Positions 39,308 through 51,772 of a stretch of DNA of 64,000 nt are shown here, piece by piece. The notes beneath the pieces were generated by a model, which made no database searches, was not told the DNA's origin, and saw nothing but the letters and a program-made list of their open reading frames with translations. How positions within the stretch are numbered: the first letter of the stretch is position 1; each line of letters begins with the position of its first letter. The stretch comes from Felis catus (lineage: Eukaryota): contig NC_058368.1 of the NCBI RefSeq assembly GCF_018350175.1, positions 103,292,001 through 103,356,000 on the forward strand. Reading direction: 5' to 3'. Made by a program: the position numbers and the translations under genes.

Positions 39308-39520
39308 CCAAATTTTTAAAAGTCTATTTATTTTTGAGAGAGAGACAGAGAGAGAGCAGGGGAGGGGAAGAGAGAGAGATAGGGAGACACAGAATCTGAA
39401 GCAGGCTCCAGGCTCTGAGCTGTCAGCACAGAGCCCGAAGTGGGGCTCAAACTCATGAACTATGAGATCACGACCTGAGCCGAAGTCAGACTCTTAACTG
39501 ACTAAGCCACCCAGCTGTCC
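39308..39520 (-). mobile_element. CAN-SINE, older copy, second unit of the dimer
   Basis: CpG-decayed head. Outer TSD tgttcattttcc at 39060-39071 and 39521-39532 encloses both units. Confidence 0.95.
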
Positions 39521-40212
39521 TGTTCATTTTCCATTATTATGTCCTTTTTGGCAGACAGCAGATTCTATACTAGTAAGGGACAGGTAGGTGCTATAGGCCT
39601 CCTCCCCCACCACCTGGAGGCCAGGTGGAGGAACACAAGGAAAGCAAGCCTCAGTCCAAATTTGGTATTTATGCGAATACTTATTAGCGTAAACACACAC
39701 ACCAAAACCCAACAAACAGTGATGTGATGGCAAGTTCCAGAGGCTCAATAACATTTTTGGGCTCTCAGATAGCAACTCTCAGGAAAGATTCACTGGAGGC
39801 AGATTTGTTATGCTTATTGCTGATGGAGTAGATCAATGTGTTCTGCAGGATATCCAGATGGTCCTGATCTCTTTGGATTATGTTATGGCAGAGGGCAGGA
39901 GAGTTAACAGCCCTAGAGCAAATCGACAACTGCATACTATTTGCCTCCTCCATGTAAATACAAAGTGTAACTCTGCTTTGTGATTGGAATAGATAAAAGT
40001 ATTCACCAAATTATTATCCTCAGACCATGGACATGAGGTCATGTTTAATTGCTCTAGGAAAACAACACATCTGGAATAGCAGCTGCAACTACAGACACCA
40101 TTTAGCTGAGTTCTGTAGCTTACGTTCATCTTTCAGGACCCAGGAGGTTTTTTTTAGCGGTCAAACCAGTGAATTAAATGGAAATGAGACCTCCATCCTT
40201 TATCCCTTAAAT

Positions 40213-40377
40213 CTGTGCTGTTCCATAAGATGACCAGTAAGTATATGTAGCTATTTATATTTAATTAAATTGAAATTAAATAAAATTACAATTTCATTTC
40301 CATAGTCACACTAACCACATTTCAAGTGTTCAGTAACCATTTCCATCATTACAAAAAGTTCTGTTGGACAACAGTGC
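40213..40377. mobile_element. MER3/MER33-like hAT-Charlie MITE, internally deleted
   Basis: ctgtgctgttccata...atgtagctattta...cagtcacactaaccacatttcaagtg-like core...aaagttctgttggacaacagtg. Confidence 0.8.
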
Positions 40378-40849
40378 CTTAAATCCTTAAAGATAGCACT
40401 ACTTTAATTCATTCCTTCATTCTGGGATGTTTATTTTTTATTCACTATTTTGATAGGGGTAGGGGAGTAAAATTTCACAGGTTCCTATTTAGATTTCCCC
40501 AATATTAGGGGTCATATTATGTCATATGTCACAGTAGGCCAAGAACTCAATGTGAATATTAAGCCAACTATATCATATGTCAAACTCAATTGAATATTTG
40601 CCATTGGATAGGGCAGCTGACCCAGTAGACCCACTGGAGGCCAGGCACTGGTCAAGAATGCTTTTATTACTTGGCTCCTAAATGCGTCCACTCTTACAAG
40701 TGAGCCGAAATACTCTGTTTTTCAGGGTCTTGATGTCAACTTGGACATCAGGCCCAACCCTCCTAGAAATATTTGGGTTTTCCCCTTTCCTCCATGTATC
40801 ACCACCGAAGTAAATGAATGAAGATTGCTTTAAGAAAGGATTGAGGGCT

Positions 40850-41072
40850 GGGGCGCCTGGGTGGCGCAGTCGGTTAAGTGTCTGACTTCAGCCAGGTCAC
40901 GATCTCGCGGTCTGTGGGTTCAGCCCCGCGTCAGGCTCTGGGCTGATGGCTCAGAGCCTGGAGCCTGTTTCCGATTCTGTGTCTCCCTCTCTCTCTGCCC
41001 CTCCCCCATTCATGCTCTGTCTCTCTCTGTCCCAAAAATAAATAAATGTTGAAAAAAAAATTTTAAAAAAAA
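40850..41072 (+). mobile_element. Young SINEC_Fc
   Basis: Near-consensus ggggcgcctgggtggcgcagtcggttaag...gtcccaaaaataaataaa. Perfect 16-bp TSD aagaaaggattgaggg at 40832-40847 and 41073-41088. Confidence 0.98.
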
Positions 41073-41929
41073 AAGAAAGGATTGAGGGGATCACCACAGT
41101 ATATATGTGTTACAGTGTTACAGCATCCTTTCATAGGTTCCCTGTCTGCAAACCTGTTTGATTCAGAAACTGAACAAGGGAACACAATTCCTTATTGAGA
41201 CAAGAGCCCTCAGCCTCTGGGTCATCCATCTTTGCTTTCTTCTGATGCTTCAAGTTGAGTAGTACCCATGTTGGCTATGTATGTATCTTGTTTCTAGGGA
41301 TGCTCTATGGCATCTCTGTATTCTCTACAAGTCAGGTCCCCTGTCTGTCACTCCCAACTCTGCAGCTAATAATGATAATTTGCATCTACTTGGTTTCTGC
41401 ATGTAAGAATTGTCCCTTGGCCTTTACTGTTTTAGGGTCCTATCTGTTCTGTAATGCCTGTTCCTACTATCAGTCTCGGCTAACAGAAGAGAGCCACCAT
41501 TACACTTTTTACTGATATGTGTGCTCCTCTCATATATGCATTCCTCATAGACTTTTCCTGAAACACAATCATCTGATAGATCTTTCAGCTTCGCATACCA
41601 CATCTACTCTAGTACACCTACCTTCTGGAGTCTTTCATTTCCTTTCTCCACCATCTGTCAAGATAATTCTGGCATTTCAATGGCATTTAATATGGGCCAT
41701 CACTTTCCCACACTTTTATGAACTATGCTAGTCACTAGTTTACCACCCATCTCCTGGGATCTTCCTCAGGATATTTAAATCCCACATATCTCAGAAGAGT
41801 GGTCTCATGTGAACTCTCTGCTACCCAATCTTATGATCTTGCCTCCTTAACCAAAGACTTAAAATTTAGTCTTTTCCATCATATGTTGGCTAATTATGAG
41901 AGTTCCTTCGGGGTACTGTCCCTTTCTTT

Positions 41930-42341
41930 CCTTATTAGACTCACATGACCCCAGCTGAAAGTGACTTAACCCAAGTTATAAGCCTATTAACCAAGAGGCA
42001 GTCAGGAGACAGATCCTGAGGCTGGTGTTATCCTCAAGGAAGGGGGAGAGTGCTGGGGATTGCTCTCACCCACAGAGAGGTTCCTTGCCCAAAGGACTGC
42101 CCTCATCCTGCATCAAAAATTGGTTAGATAAGGAATATCTACAAAAGGATCATCAGAGTTGCAGAGCTCCCTGTAGTTTTCTGAAGTCTCAGGGATAGTT
42201 GACTTGCAGTTAAACTTCTCTGTACAATCCTCCCTCCCTTATGCTCTCACTGATGCTGTTCCCCAGAGCACTCTCCAATAACCTTCCTGCATGCATGTTT
42301 TTGTCTCAGAGTCTGGTTCCCAGGGAAACCTGAGCTAAGAA
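41930..42341 (+). mobile_element. ERVL LTR (LTR16-like)
   Basis: 3' end ccccagagcactctccaataaccttcctgcatgc...tctcagagtctggttcccagggaaacctgagctaaga. Orientation is opposite to the adjacent ERVL internal fragment. Confidence 0.8.
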
Positions 42342-43788
42342 AGTGTATGATTTTGATTTGTACTCTTATCGTCCATTGGGTGCCCCTTTCATAAAATACC
42401 ACCCAAACTACAGGCAAAAAATGCTGAAATTCATTTGCAAGAAGTAACATTCGGGTGTGTAAAACAGTGAAAGTGAGAAAAAGAGTTATATGATGTTTCA
42501 GAGGAGACGGACACCAACAGCGTGTGTTTATTTGCAGAAGATGAAGGAGGGGGTTGTAGGCAGATAGTGCAGAAATTGAAGAGAAGAAGATGGGAAGAGA
42601 TTGGGCATGAAAAGGTTTGTGTAAAAGAACAATAGTAAATCTGGTGAAAATGCCGTGGGAAGCATGATTAGAGGAGGAGCACCCTATGAGAGGTCACTCA
42701 GGTGGCAACATGGTAAGAGACTGACAGTCAGGAAAGCTTCTAGGTGTTGCACCACACCTAGATGAGAGCTGATGGAACACCTGGTGCTTTATACTCTTGG
42801 CTCAGCCACATCACGCCTCATTAATGGTGTATCTATTCCCTTTCTTCCCTCAGAAAAACATTAAAAACTCGAGATGAAAGCATGTCATTCTAAAACATAT
42901 TTGGCTCAAAGAAAAAGATGCTTCCCAGGACTACAAAAGATCTTTCTTTAATGAAACTTTAATTAAACTTTGCTTTAATTTGGATCACAATGAAGAAAAT
43001 AAGGGACTTTTCATCTTGCCCCAAGTGGAAAGTGCCAGTGTCTCCCATGAATAAAACGCTGGCACGTAAATCTATTGCAATCTTTTAGCAATTTCAGCCC
43101 CACTGATAACTAACCATAACAACAAAACCAAATGTTTCCAATTTCGTCTACAAATACATGTATCTTTATGATGGATGCAAGTACCGGAACTGTATTTTTG
43201 CATGCCCTCTAACATCACAAGAGCAATGGTAATTAGAGAGAACAAAGGCAGGGAAATAAAATTTGGAGGAAGGTACAGCTCCATCATTTAGGGTTCATGA
43301 AATAATTGGCATCATTTAGCCACTCTCAAGAGCAGTAACCAAATGGCAATACACAATTAGCATGAACTAATACCATGCAGAACAGTTCTTAGGTGATAAA
43401 TATTTTAAGTTATCTATGAAGAACATTTATTTTTAAAATGTCAACTTCAGAAATGACTCAAGCCCAGCATTTGAATGTGTCATGTATAGAATCTGGTCTG
43501 TTTCATACAGAGTGTTCTAGCTGTCACCCCTGGTGTCTGTTACCTCTCCACTGAGAAGAATTCCGTACGTCTCAGATCTGCCCTTGACCACAGACACTTG
43601 CCAAGAAGAGGCAGGACATGTGCCCTCACTTGTACAGAGTTGAAGAAAGTTCATCATTTTTTCTGAAAAAGTACTTAAACGCTCAGCATTGTGCCCGGTG
43701 TGTGAATTACAAAGTGGAAAAAGAAACGAAGCCTGTCCTGAGAACTGAAAAGTGTTGTTAACGGGTTTTCCCCAAGCACACCATTCTT

Positions 43789-44021
43789 TTTTTTTTTTTT
43801 TTTAATTTTTTTTTCCAACATTTTTATTTATTTTTGGGACAGAGAGAGACAGAGCATGAACGGGGGAGGGGCAGAGAGAGAGGGAGACACAGAATCGGAA
43901 ACAGGCTCCAGGCTCCGAGCCATCAGCCCAGAGCCTGACGCGGGGCTCGAACTCACCGACCGCGAGATCGTGACCTGAGCTGAAGTCGGACGCTTAACCG
44001 ACTGCGCCACCTAGGCGCCCC
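43789..44021 (-). mobile_element. Young SINEC_Fc
   Basis: CpG-intact body. Perfect TSD ccccaagcacaccattctt at 43770-43788 and 44023-44041. Confidence 0.98.
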
Positions 44022-44093
44022 CCCCCAAGCACACCATTCTTAATCATTTTGCTACAGCAGGACAAAAACTGGGAAAGGACTGCTTTCACAGCT

Positions 44094-44313
44094 AGGGCAG
44101 ACATCTGCAAACCATAGTGACCGAGCCAATGCCAGCCCTCTGTTTTTGTAAATAAAGTTTTATGGGAACATAGTCATACTCATGTGTTGATGCATTATGG
44201 CTTCTTTTATGCTACAAAGGCAAAGTTGAGTGGTTGTGACAGAGATAGCCTGGCTTACAAAGCCCAAAATATTTACTGTCTGGGCTTTTACAAAACAAGT
44301 TTTCAAATCCTTG
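44094..44313. mobile_element. MER58A-like hAT-Charlie element
   Basis: ctgtttttgtaaataaagttttatgggaaca...gttgagtggttgtgacagaga...caaagcccaaaatatttactgtctgg. Confidence 0.9.
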
Positions 44314-45245
44314 ATCTAGACGAAGGAACACACATTTTAAAATAGATCCTCCCTCTCTGCCCAGTACCCCGTATAGGTAGCAAAGCCACATAATAGCCAA
44401 AGCGGTTACTAAAAGGCCTAGTGCATGTGGCTTATAATTTAGCTTGAATTTATGAATGCTTTTGCTCTAGAGTAATTCCTTTAAATGCATATCCCATTTC
44501 TTTGGTTTGGTTGTTACATATATATGCTGAATTATAATTATAACTTGGAGTGAGATTAGTGCACAATCACCTTACTGTCACCATGCTATTAATTTTCTAC
44601 ACATTCTATTAACTCCCTAATGGTAGCCACGTTGGTTCTCTCCTATGCCCTAAGTAATTTGTTGAGCTTCAATATAATGAGAATCTGGCTGAATGGGAGA
44701 AAAAGGAGTTTCTACCATAAGAGCAGACTTAAGGCAAGTTTTGAGTGTTTTCGCTGAGAATTCAGGAGCTATTCTGTAAAGTGTAGACTAAGTTCCTAGA
44801 ACATCCTAAGACAACTTCTTCACTTGGAATGTTTTCCACTCTTTCCCTAGTTAAGAGGTAGGATCAATGAATTCCTGGTCCACAGACCCAGAGCCGCTAG
44901 GTAAGGGAAAGAGAGGACACTGAAACATCAGATGTGCAGTCAAGACTGAAGGATCACTCCTCAGAGATGATGTATCTCAAGATGCCTACAGCTCATAAAG
45001 GAGTGACAGAGGATCTCATAGGACAAAGAGTCAAGTCCCAATGGCAAGTGAGTTTATCCATCAATGCCACTTTTTACCAGGATATTATTTTGAGGGATTA
45101 GTCAGGAAGATGTAGAATGTGTGGATGCCATACTTGAGTTGTTGGAATGACAGCAGAGGAATGAGGACCCAAAGAGATGAGTTCTATCTTATGGATGTCC
45201 AGGGACTTAGATGGCTACTAGAAGCAGTCCTGCCCTGGAAGCCAT

Positions 45246-45248
<3 letters not shown>

Positions 45249-45283
<35 letters not shown>
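45249..45283. repeat. (AC)n microsatellite
   Basis: Seen directly. Confidence 0.95.
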
Positions 45284-45284
<1 letters not shown>

Positions 45285-47045
45285 CTCTTCCCCTCTTCCC
45301 TATGAATTTAGACACCCCCACAGACAGAAGGAAGGGAGGGAGGAAATCATGCTGGTGATGAATACAAGCCCTGAAAAGCTTTCTAAAATTCTGAATTGAC
45401 TGGATTTAGATGTATGTTTAAATGAGTCTGAATGATCGTAAGCTTACCCTGAATTGACAAAATTATATTTTCTACCATCAACTAAAGTGACCTCAAGAGC
45501 TAAATTACATTAGAGAAATTTTGAAAGGTATGCTATTGCGCATACGTTTGTGACTGAGAAATTCATGCCAGCCCAGAGATAACATCCTTAAAGTTCTCTA
45601 CTTTTTTCATTCCTGGCCCATTATGAGTGGCTCTAACACATGCTAAGTCTGACAGCAGATCTTGTAATGCTGTAGTGGGGAAGTGTTGGCTGAATCATGG
45701 TCACAGTACCCCTGCCCAACCTGCTAGGGTCCTGGGCTCCTGCAGTTAAGGGGTTCTTCACTGAACATGGGCAAGTAAATACATTCAAATGTGACCCAGC
45801 CTAATCCTTTTTTAAGCTTCTAAGACCCCAAAGTCCCGGAACATCAAGAAAACTCAAAGTAGCTTGTTAAAGGTATGCAGTGGAATATATATTTTTTGAC
45901 AAAGCAAATGTCAAGATGTCTTTTCTCCCATCCAACAGTTTTGTGCTTTCTTCTACAGTAGCCCTCACTGAGCTGCTTTTAAAAACTGTCCGTCTTCTGC
46001 CCATCCCACCTTCAGTAAAATACAAACTCCTTGAAGATATAAGGAGAAGCAGTTTCTTTCATTGATGTGGTCTCAGTCTCAAGCCAACTCCTAGAATCAT
46101 GCACAAAAAAACAAATAACTCTTTGTGACCCCCCCCCCACCATGAATCTCCCAAAGCACAGTAAATATAGTTTCTTCTTCTCTTTCTCTCTCTCTTTCCC
46201 TTCCTCTCCCTCTTTTTCCTTCTGTCTCTCTCCCTCTTTGTGATTTTTCCCCCAAAGGACTGCATAGTCCCAACATGGAACCCACTATTTTAATCAGCAT
46301 AGTGACATAAAAATATTGTCTTCCAGTGGGGAAAATAAGCAAATTCCTATTCCTACATCCTGGGGTGAGTGACATAAAATGGTTTGACTGACGAAGCACA
46401 CAATTCTGAGAAAGAAGGAGCAGGTTTTCTTCACAGGGTAAGAGCTATCACACCAAAGCACAGGAGGCAAAGCCTGAGAACAGGCTATAGCTTCCAAACC
46501 AGTTAAGAAGCTAATACTTGGCAGATGGGCAATTCAAGGATTCTTGTGGCCCTTGCAAGACTGGGCAAAGCGTGAGCTACCTGTAGCCTTTGGGTTGGTC
46601 TCCTCTGGCTAAGAACGGCCTATGCTGTTCAGTGTGCATCCAGGTAGGTAGTTTATGTGACTTATCACATGAGCAAGGATAGGAAGCAACGAGAGGTGGC
46701 ATACTTCCTACAACCTGTGAAGCTGTCACTACATGAGTTTTTCATTGGCATCGGTGGCATTTGAGAAACTGAGCTCCCATTTCATTATAATAGTTAGGAT
46801 AACAGGCTCCAGCCTGAGTAGAAGCTGTGGTCCCATGGAACATACTTTCCATCTGTTTCTGTTTTTCTGTACAGGAAGGGACGTCCTCTGCTAATATGTG
46901 CTTCCAGCAAAGAGAGTTCTTGTTTGTTAAAGTGTCCTCTGATGCGCTCACAGCATGCTGTGAACTGGCTTATAAAAAGTGTCCTGTCAGTCTTAATACA
47001 ACCTCATAGGCCCTTATAACCCAGTGGCTCTGATATATAACAGCC

Positions 47046-47350
47046 TGTGCAGGAAAGGGTTAACTCAGCACGCTTGGGTTTCTTTACTCTGTCTATTCCT
47101 CCTCATGAAAGAGACCTGTTTTCAGGACTGGCCCTTGGCCAGCTTCTGGGAAACGCGGCGTGAGCCTTGGAACATTCTGCCTTATAACCGTGCTTTTAAG
47201 TTGTGTACCTGAGAGCGTGGGCCAGGCTGCACCGATTTGAAATTTGTGCTAACAGTGTGATTGCTGGTGAATACTTTGTCTTTGCTGAAGTTAGTCGTGG
47301 AGATGTTGCACGCCTACGTGACCGACTTCCCAGGAAAATGCTAAACACCA
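47046..47350 (+). mobile_element. ERVL LTR fragment (MER68/MER77/MER21-like)
   Basis: tgtgcaggaaagggttaactcagca...ctggcccttggccagcttctgggaa...gcctacgtgacc. Confidence 0.7.
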
Positions 47351-48068
47351 AGGTGAGCATTTCAAGTGAGCATCCTTGCTTGGCATCACTTTATTTTGCT
47401 ACATTTTCACCTAAATTTAACACCCAGCTTGACATTACTTGAATATTCTCCATCATCTCCGTTATTTACTTCAGCTTTGGAATTACAAATAGAGTTTCCT
47501 AGATTTTTATTTTTAGTCCTTAGTTTAGGTTAAAATTTTCCCTCCAAAGCCACTGAATCCGACTGAGAGATCTCCTCTTCCTTTGGCTCTGCTCAGTTCC
47601 TCGTCATCAACCTTTTTTTTTTTTTCCCTTGGGACTTTCACCTGCTCTGGCCCTGCCAATGAGCCTGTGAGCCTTTGGAGATTAACTTGCTTGTGACCTG
47701 TTAATGTGCTCCTTCATCCCTGCAGCAAGTTTGACTGTCAAACCAGCACTCTAAATGTGTTCTTTTTCTATTTCTACTCACTGTAGAGTTCACTTATTGT
47801 CAACGGGCTACAGTTTTTGTTCTCAAGATACCTGCTTTTCTACCATATAGAGACAAAGAGACAAACAAAAACTAACCACAACATTCTAAAAACCTAAATA
47901 TATTTCCGAGTAAGGTTTCTGTATTTTTCCTGAGACCGTGGCTACTTCATACTCAAAATCCGGTGTATTTCCTTCCAATATCGCAATATTTTTGGGTCTC
48001 AAAACAATATTGTATTCATCAAGGCGCTTTTGCTTGTAACAGTAAAAAAAAAAATCCTACTTAGTAAC

Positions 48069-48940
48069 TGTGTTAGTGTTCTATTGCTGCTGTTAACACA
48101 ATTCCACAAACTCAGCAGCTTAAACGAATGTGTTTATCACGCATCTCTGCATGTCAGAAGGTTGGGTTGTCTTGACTGGTTTTTCTGCTCTAGGGTCTCC
48201 ATATGCCAGACTCAAAGTGTCAGCCACCTGGGCTCTAACTGGATGCCTCTGGAGGAGAATCACTTCAAGGCTGAGTCAGACTGTTGGCAGAATATTCCTT
48301 TTGGTTGTAGGACTGAGGTGCTTGGTGTGTGTGTATGTGTGTGTGTCTGTGTGTGTCTGTGTGTGTGTGTGTGTGTTTGTGACATCTCAGCTGAGGGACA
48401 CTCTTACCTCCTAGAGGCCTCTCGATCTGGTTCTTACATCTGGGCATTTCAGCAACTGAATCCTTCTCACTTTTTAATCCCTCTGACTTTCCCCTTCTGC
48501 TACATGAATCATCTAAGTTTCTCTGCTTTTAGGAGCTCCTGTGATTAAATTAAGTTCACGTATAAAATTCAGGATATGCTCCATATTTTAAGGTCTGTAC
48601 TCTCTCTTTTTTTTAAGTTTACTTTGAGAGATAAAGACGGAGACGGAGCTTGTGAGTACATGTGAGCAGTAGAGGGGCAGAGAGAGGGGGAAAGAGAGAG
48701 AATCCCCAAGCAGGCTCTGCACTGTCAGTGCAGACCCTGACATGGAGCTTGAACTTACAAGCCGTGAAATCATGACTTGAGACAAAATTAAGAGTCAAAC
48801 ACTTAACCTACTGAACCAACCAAGCACCCCTTAAGGTCTGTACTCTAAAAACATCTGCAAAGCCCTTCTGTCACATAATATGTTCACAGCTCGGGGAATC
48901 AGGACGTGGGCATCTTGAAGAGTCATTAGTTTACCTATGA
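48069..48940 (-). mobile_element. MaLR solo LTR (MLT1) containing a (TG)n tract (48326-48376) and a SINE
   Basis: ctattgctgctgttaacacaattccacaaactcagcagcttaaac...ttggttgtaggactgagg...acatctgcaaagccctt...aggacgtgggcatcttg. Confidence 0.85.
48604..48830 (-). mobile_element. CAN-SINE inserted in MLT1
   Basis: Perfect TSD ttaaggtctgtactct at 48588-48603 and 48831-48846. Confidence 0.95.
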
Positions 48941-49608
48941 TGGTGAATATAACTCAACCCATGTAACTGAAAAAGTATACCGAGTAGAGTAACCTTTAGG
49001 GACAGCTAAATCTATCACCTCGAAAATATCCACAAGACTCTGTGACTCTCCATTGTGGTAACACTATTCTTTGATTTGGCCTCATTCCTAGGTCTTCCCC
49101 ACAGAGTGGGGAAGTTGGCCACCATAAAATCTCAGCTTACACAAGTTTAGTTAAGAGGTACATGTGGTGAGTGTTTGTGAGATGAACATGGGCGTCTTGT
49201 TTTTAGAGGTACTCCCAGCAGGATGTAATTTCCTATCAAAGGAGTTTGAAACATCTAACTCATCACCATAGGCCTAGCAGCAACAGACCTGGATACCTGA
49301 TATTAGAGCTATAATTCTCTACAAGGACAGGAGTTGGAAGAATATAGAAAGTGGTACACGTGTAGCTGGAAATAAAACAGAGCACAGGTACGATATTAAA
49401 AATGATCCATCTTGTCATTTACCCTCCACACAACCTAGGAAGCAAATGCTTTTGACAAGCATGTAGTCTCAGTTCTTGCACTGATACCAAATGATCAAAG
49501 TAATAATATATTTCTTTCAAGTTCAAAGTTGGGTAGATTTCATCTTAGTCATGGCATTCATTGTATTTTAAAATCTCAACTAACTTTAAAGAAAAGGATG
49601 TGACTTAG

Positions 49609-50160
49609 CATATATTTTGGCTCCACATAACAGAAAACATAACAAGCAAAGTCAACAGTAAGTGTAAGTTGTAGTATCTAATATAACAAAATGTATGGAA
49701 GTAGAGTAATTCCAGGGCTGGGTAAATAAACGTATATTCAAAGACACAGGTTCTCCTATGTCTTATTTAATTCTCCAGAGTAGGAACTTGTCTTAGTTTT
49801 GTTCTCTTCAAGGTCCTCAGATGGTTACCTCAGTTCCAGGAATCACATGCAGGTAACAATGTCAAGACCAAATAATTTAAAAAAGGATATATCGCTCTCC
49901 TGTGGCTCTTTAACAAATGAGAAAAATCTTTCCAGGATTACCCTAACATTTCATTGGCCGGAATTATGTCATATGACCATACCTCGATCAATCAATTGTC
50001 AAGAGAAAGTAGGCCAGTAATTGGCTACGACCAATCAAGATTCTCCCCCAGGCCAAAGCTGCTTTTCCAGAAGTCCACTGACACTCACAGAATGGTGAAC
50101 AAAGCCTGCCGTTTGTCAACAAGGAAGAGTAAGGAAATGACCACTGGAGAGGTGACACGT
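49609..50160 (-). mobile_element. Old MaLR LTR (MLT1J/K/L-like)
   Basis: ttttggctccacataacagaaaac...gatggttacctcagttccaggaatcacat...tcattggccggaattatgtcatatgacc. Confidence 0.7.
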
Positions 50161-50945
50161 GTGCCTCTTCAGAGTGTGAGAAATAGGGATGCTTTCAAAT
50201 GTTCCAGGGATAATAAAATATTGAAAAGCATTAGATTGGCAACACAGAGCAGCCAGTATTAGCCTATCAATGATCACCCAGCATTTTTAAACGTATTGGA
50301 AGAATGAATGCCTTTCTTTGCAATCAGATGACAAAGACTTAGTTTAAACAAACTCAAAGAATGAAGCAGATCAAATGTGGCCTTGGAGGAATAATGGTCA
50401 TCCTAACAAAATATTGGCATGACGAAATGTGTGGCTACACAAGATCCCAACAGCAAAGATATTATTGCCTCACATGTTCTGCCAAGATCCACAGGGAGAA
50501 TGAACTGCATATCAGTGTCAGAATGCATGTGCTTGGGTCTTTATAAAAGGGAGAATAGTAAAATACATGTATTCTTCTCATGGCAGAGTGTGGTTTAGTC
50601 TTCTAGGCTGAAATTTGTGTTCCACACATTTTTAGAGTCTGTATAAATTTTTTAGTTCAAGAGCCCTTCCAAGTAATGCTCTCTACATGTATAAGCATGT
50701 TCTCTATTGCTAAATACTTAGGAACTATGAGACCATAAATTCCAGAAGCACAGAGGTGGCATTTGTGTCATTCAGTATGTTAATTCAGAGCCTTGATCAG
50801 TGCCTGACCCTTATNNNNNNNNNNNNNNNNNNNNNNNNNNNNNNNNNNNNNNNNNNNNNNNNNNNNNNNNNNNNNNNNNNNNNNNNNNNNNNNNNNNNNN
50901 NNNNNNNNNNNNNNNNNNNNNNNNNNNNNNNNNNNNNNNNNNNNN

Positions 50946-51030
50946 GAAGAGAAGAATAAGAGGAGGGGAAAGAAGGGAAGGGGAGAAAAGAGAAGAGAAG
51001 AAAAGGGAAGAGGAGAAGGAAAGTAAAAGA
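50946..51030. repeat. GA-rich purine tract following a gap
   Basis: Seen directly; N-run at 50815-50945. Confidence 0.85.
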
Positions 51031-51752
51031 AATTCTGTTGCTCAGAGTGGACAGAAAACAAGCATACCGATCTACAGATGATTTAACAAGCATATCTCTG
51101 ATGGGGAATGTTTTAACTTGTCCTTTTAACAAACCAGTGAGGAAGATATTCTCAAGACTAACATTCATTTCACCATAACTGATAAATGAGTTATCTGATT
51201 GCAGATAATTTCAGAAAATAGTTGAAGCTTTATTTTCATTACAATGGCACAATTCTTAGATTTGCATCTCTGCATATATCCCTGACTCAAGGTTTTTTAA
51301 GGTAAAAGTCATTGGCATAAAAAACAAAAATACCCTCAGTGTTATACTTTCTTCACTGTGAACCACCATTATTTTCCATGTGCTCTGCGAGAATTACATT
51401 CAATAAAAGTTGTGATTTAAAAAAAAAAACCCATAAGGCATATGTAAGTTCTAACCAACATAATAAAATCAATGAAATTCCAAGCATGTCTGCGGCTGCA
51501 TCCTGAATTCATCTCATCTCCCAAGTGATACAATACAAATGAAATGGAACACTTCACCCCATTCTACAAATTCCCTCTGCAGCCTTTAGAGCAGGATGAG
51601 TTATGGTGCAGCTGAAAGACTCACCAGCCCAGTGCTTTGTGCAGTGCTTGTTTTGTTACATGTGACACATTGGGTCTGGGAGAGTCTGGACTAAATTATG
51701 GTCTGCTCTAGGTTGGAAGCAGCAAGCGTTTTACATAGATCAGTCCTTCTTT

Positions 51753-51772
51753 GGGATGGGGTGGGGGTGGGG
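51753..51772 (+). other. Compact G-quadruplex motif
   Basis: gggatggggtgggggtgggg. Confidence 0.6.

Larger units (their letters stand above)
39780..41800 (-). mobile_element. Second decayed ERVL-class internal fragment (gag end, protease, RT), interrupted by MER3 and a SINE
   Basis: Minus-strand peptides VVFLEQLN, FVFTW and VNSPALCHNIIQRDQDHLDI (ERV-L RT), plus FTSVVIHGGKGKTQIFLG near 40760-40816, resembling ERV-L FTRVTVHWGKGNNQTFRG before the protease motif. Confidence 0.8.

Noticed and set aside
38620-39628. Short inverted repeats gattcggc/gccgaatc and ccacctgg/ccaggtgg
   Set aside because: 8-bp arms are within chance expectation.
42186-42195. gtctcaggga, reverse complement of the miR-125 5' end
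   Set aside because: The match stops at 10 nt, there is no hairpin, and it lies inside an LTR16-like element.
46874-47009. Acceptor plus a 44-codon frame containing the 16-bp palindrome tcacagcatgctgtga (46948-46963)
   Set aside because: No donor or recognisable protein; one palindrome of this size is roughly expected in 64 kb.
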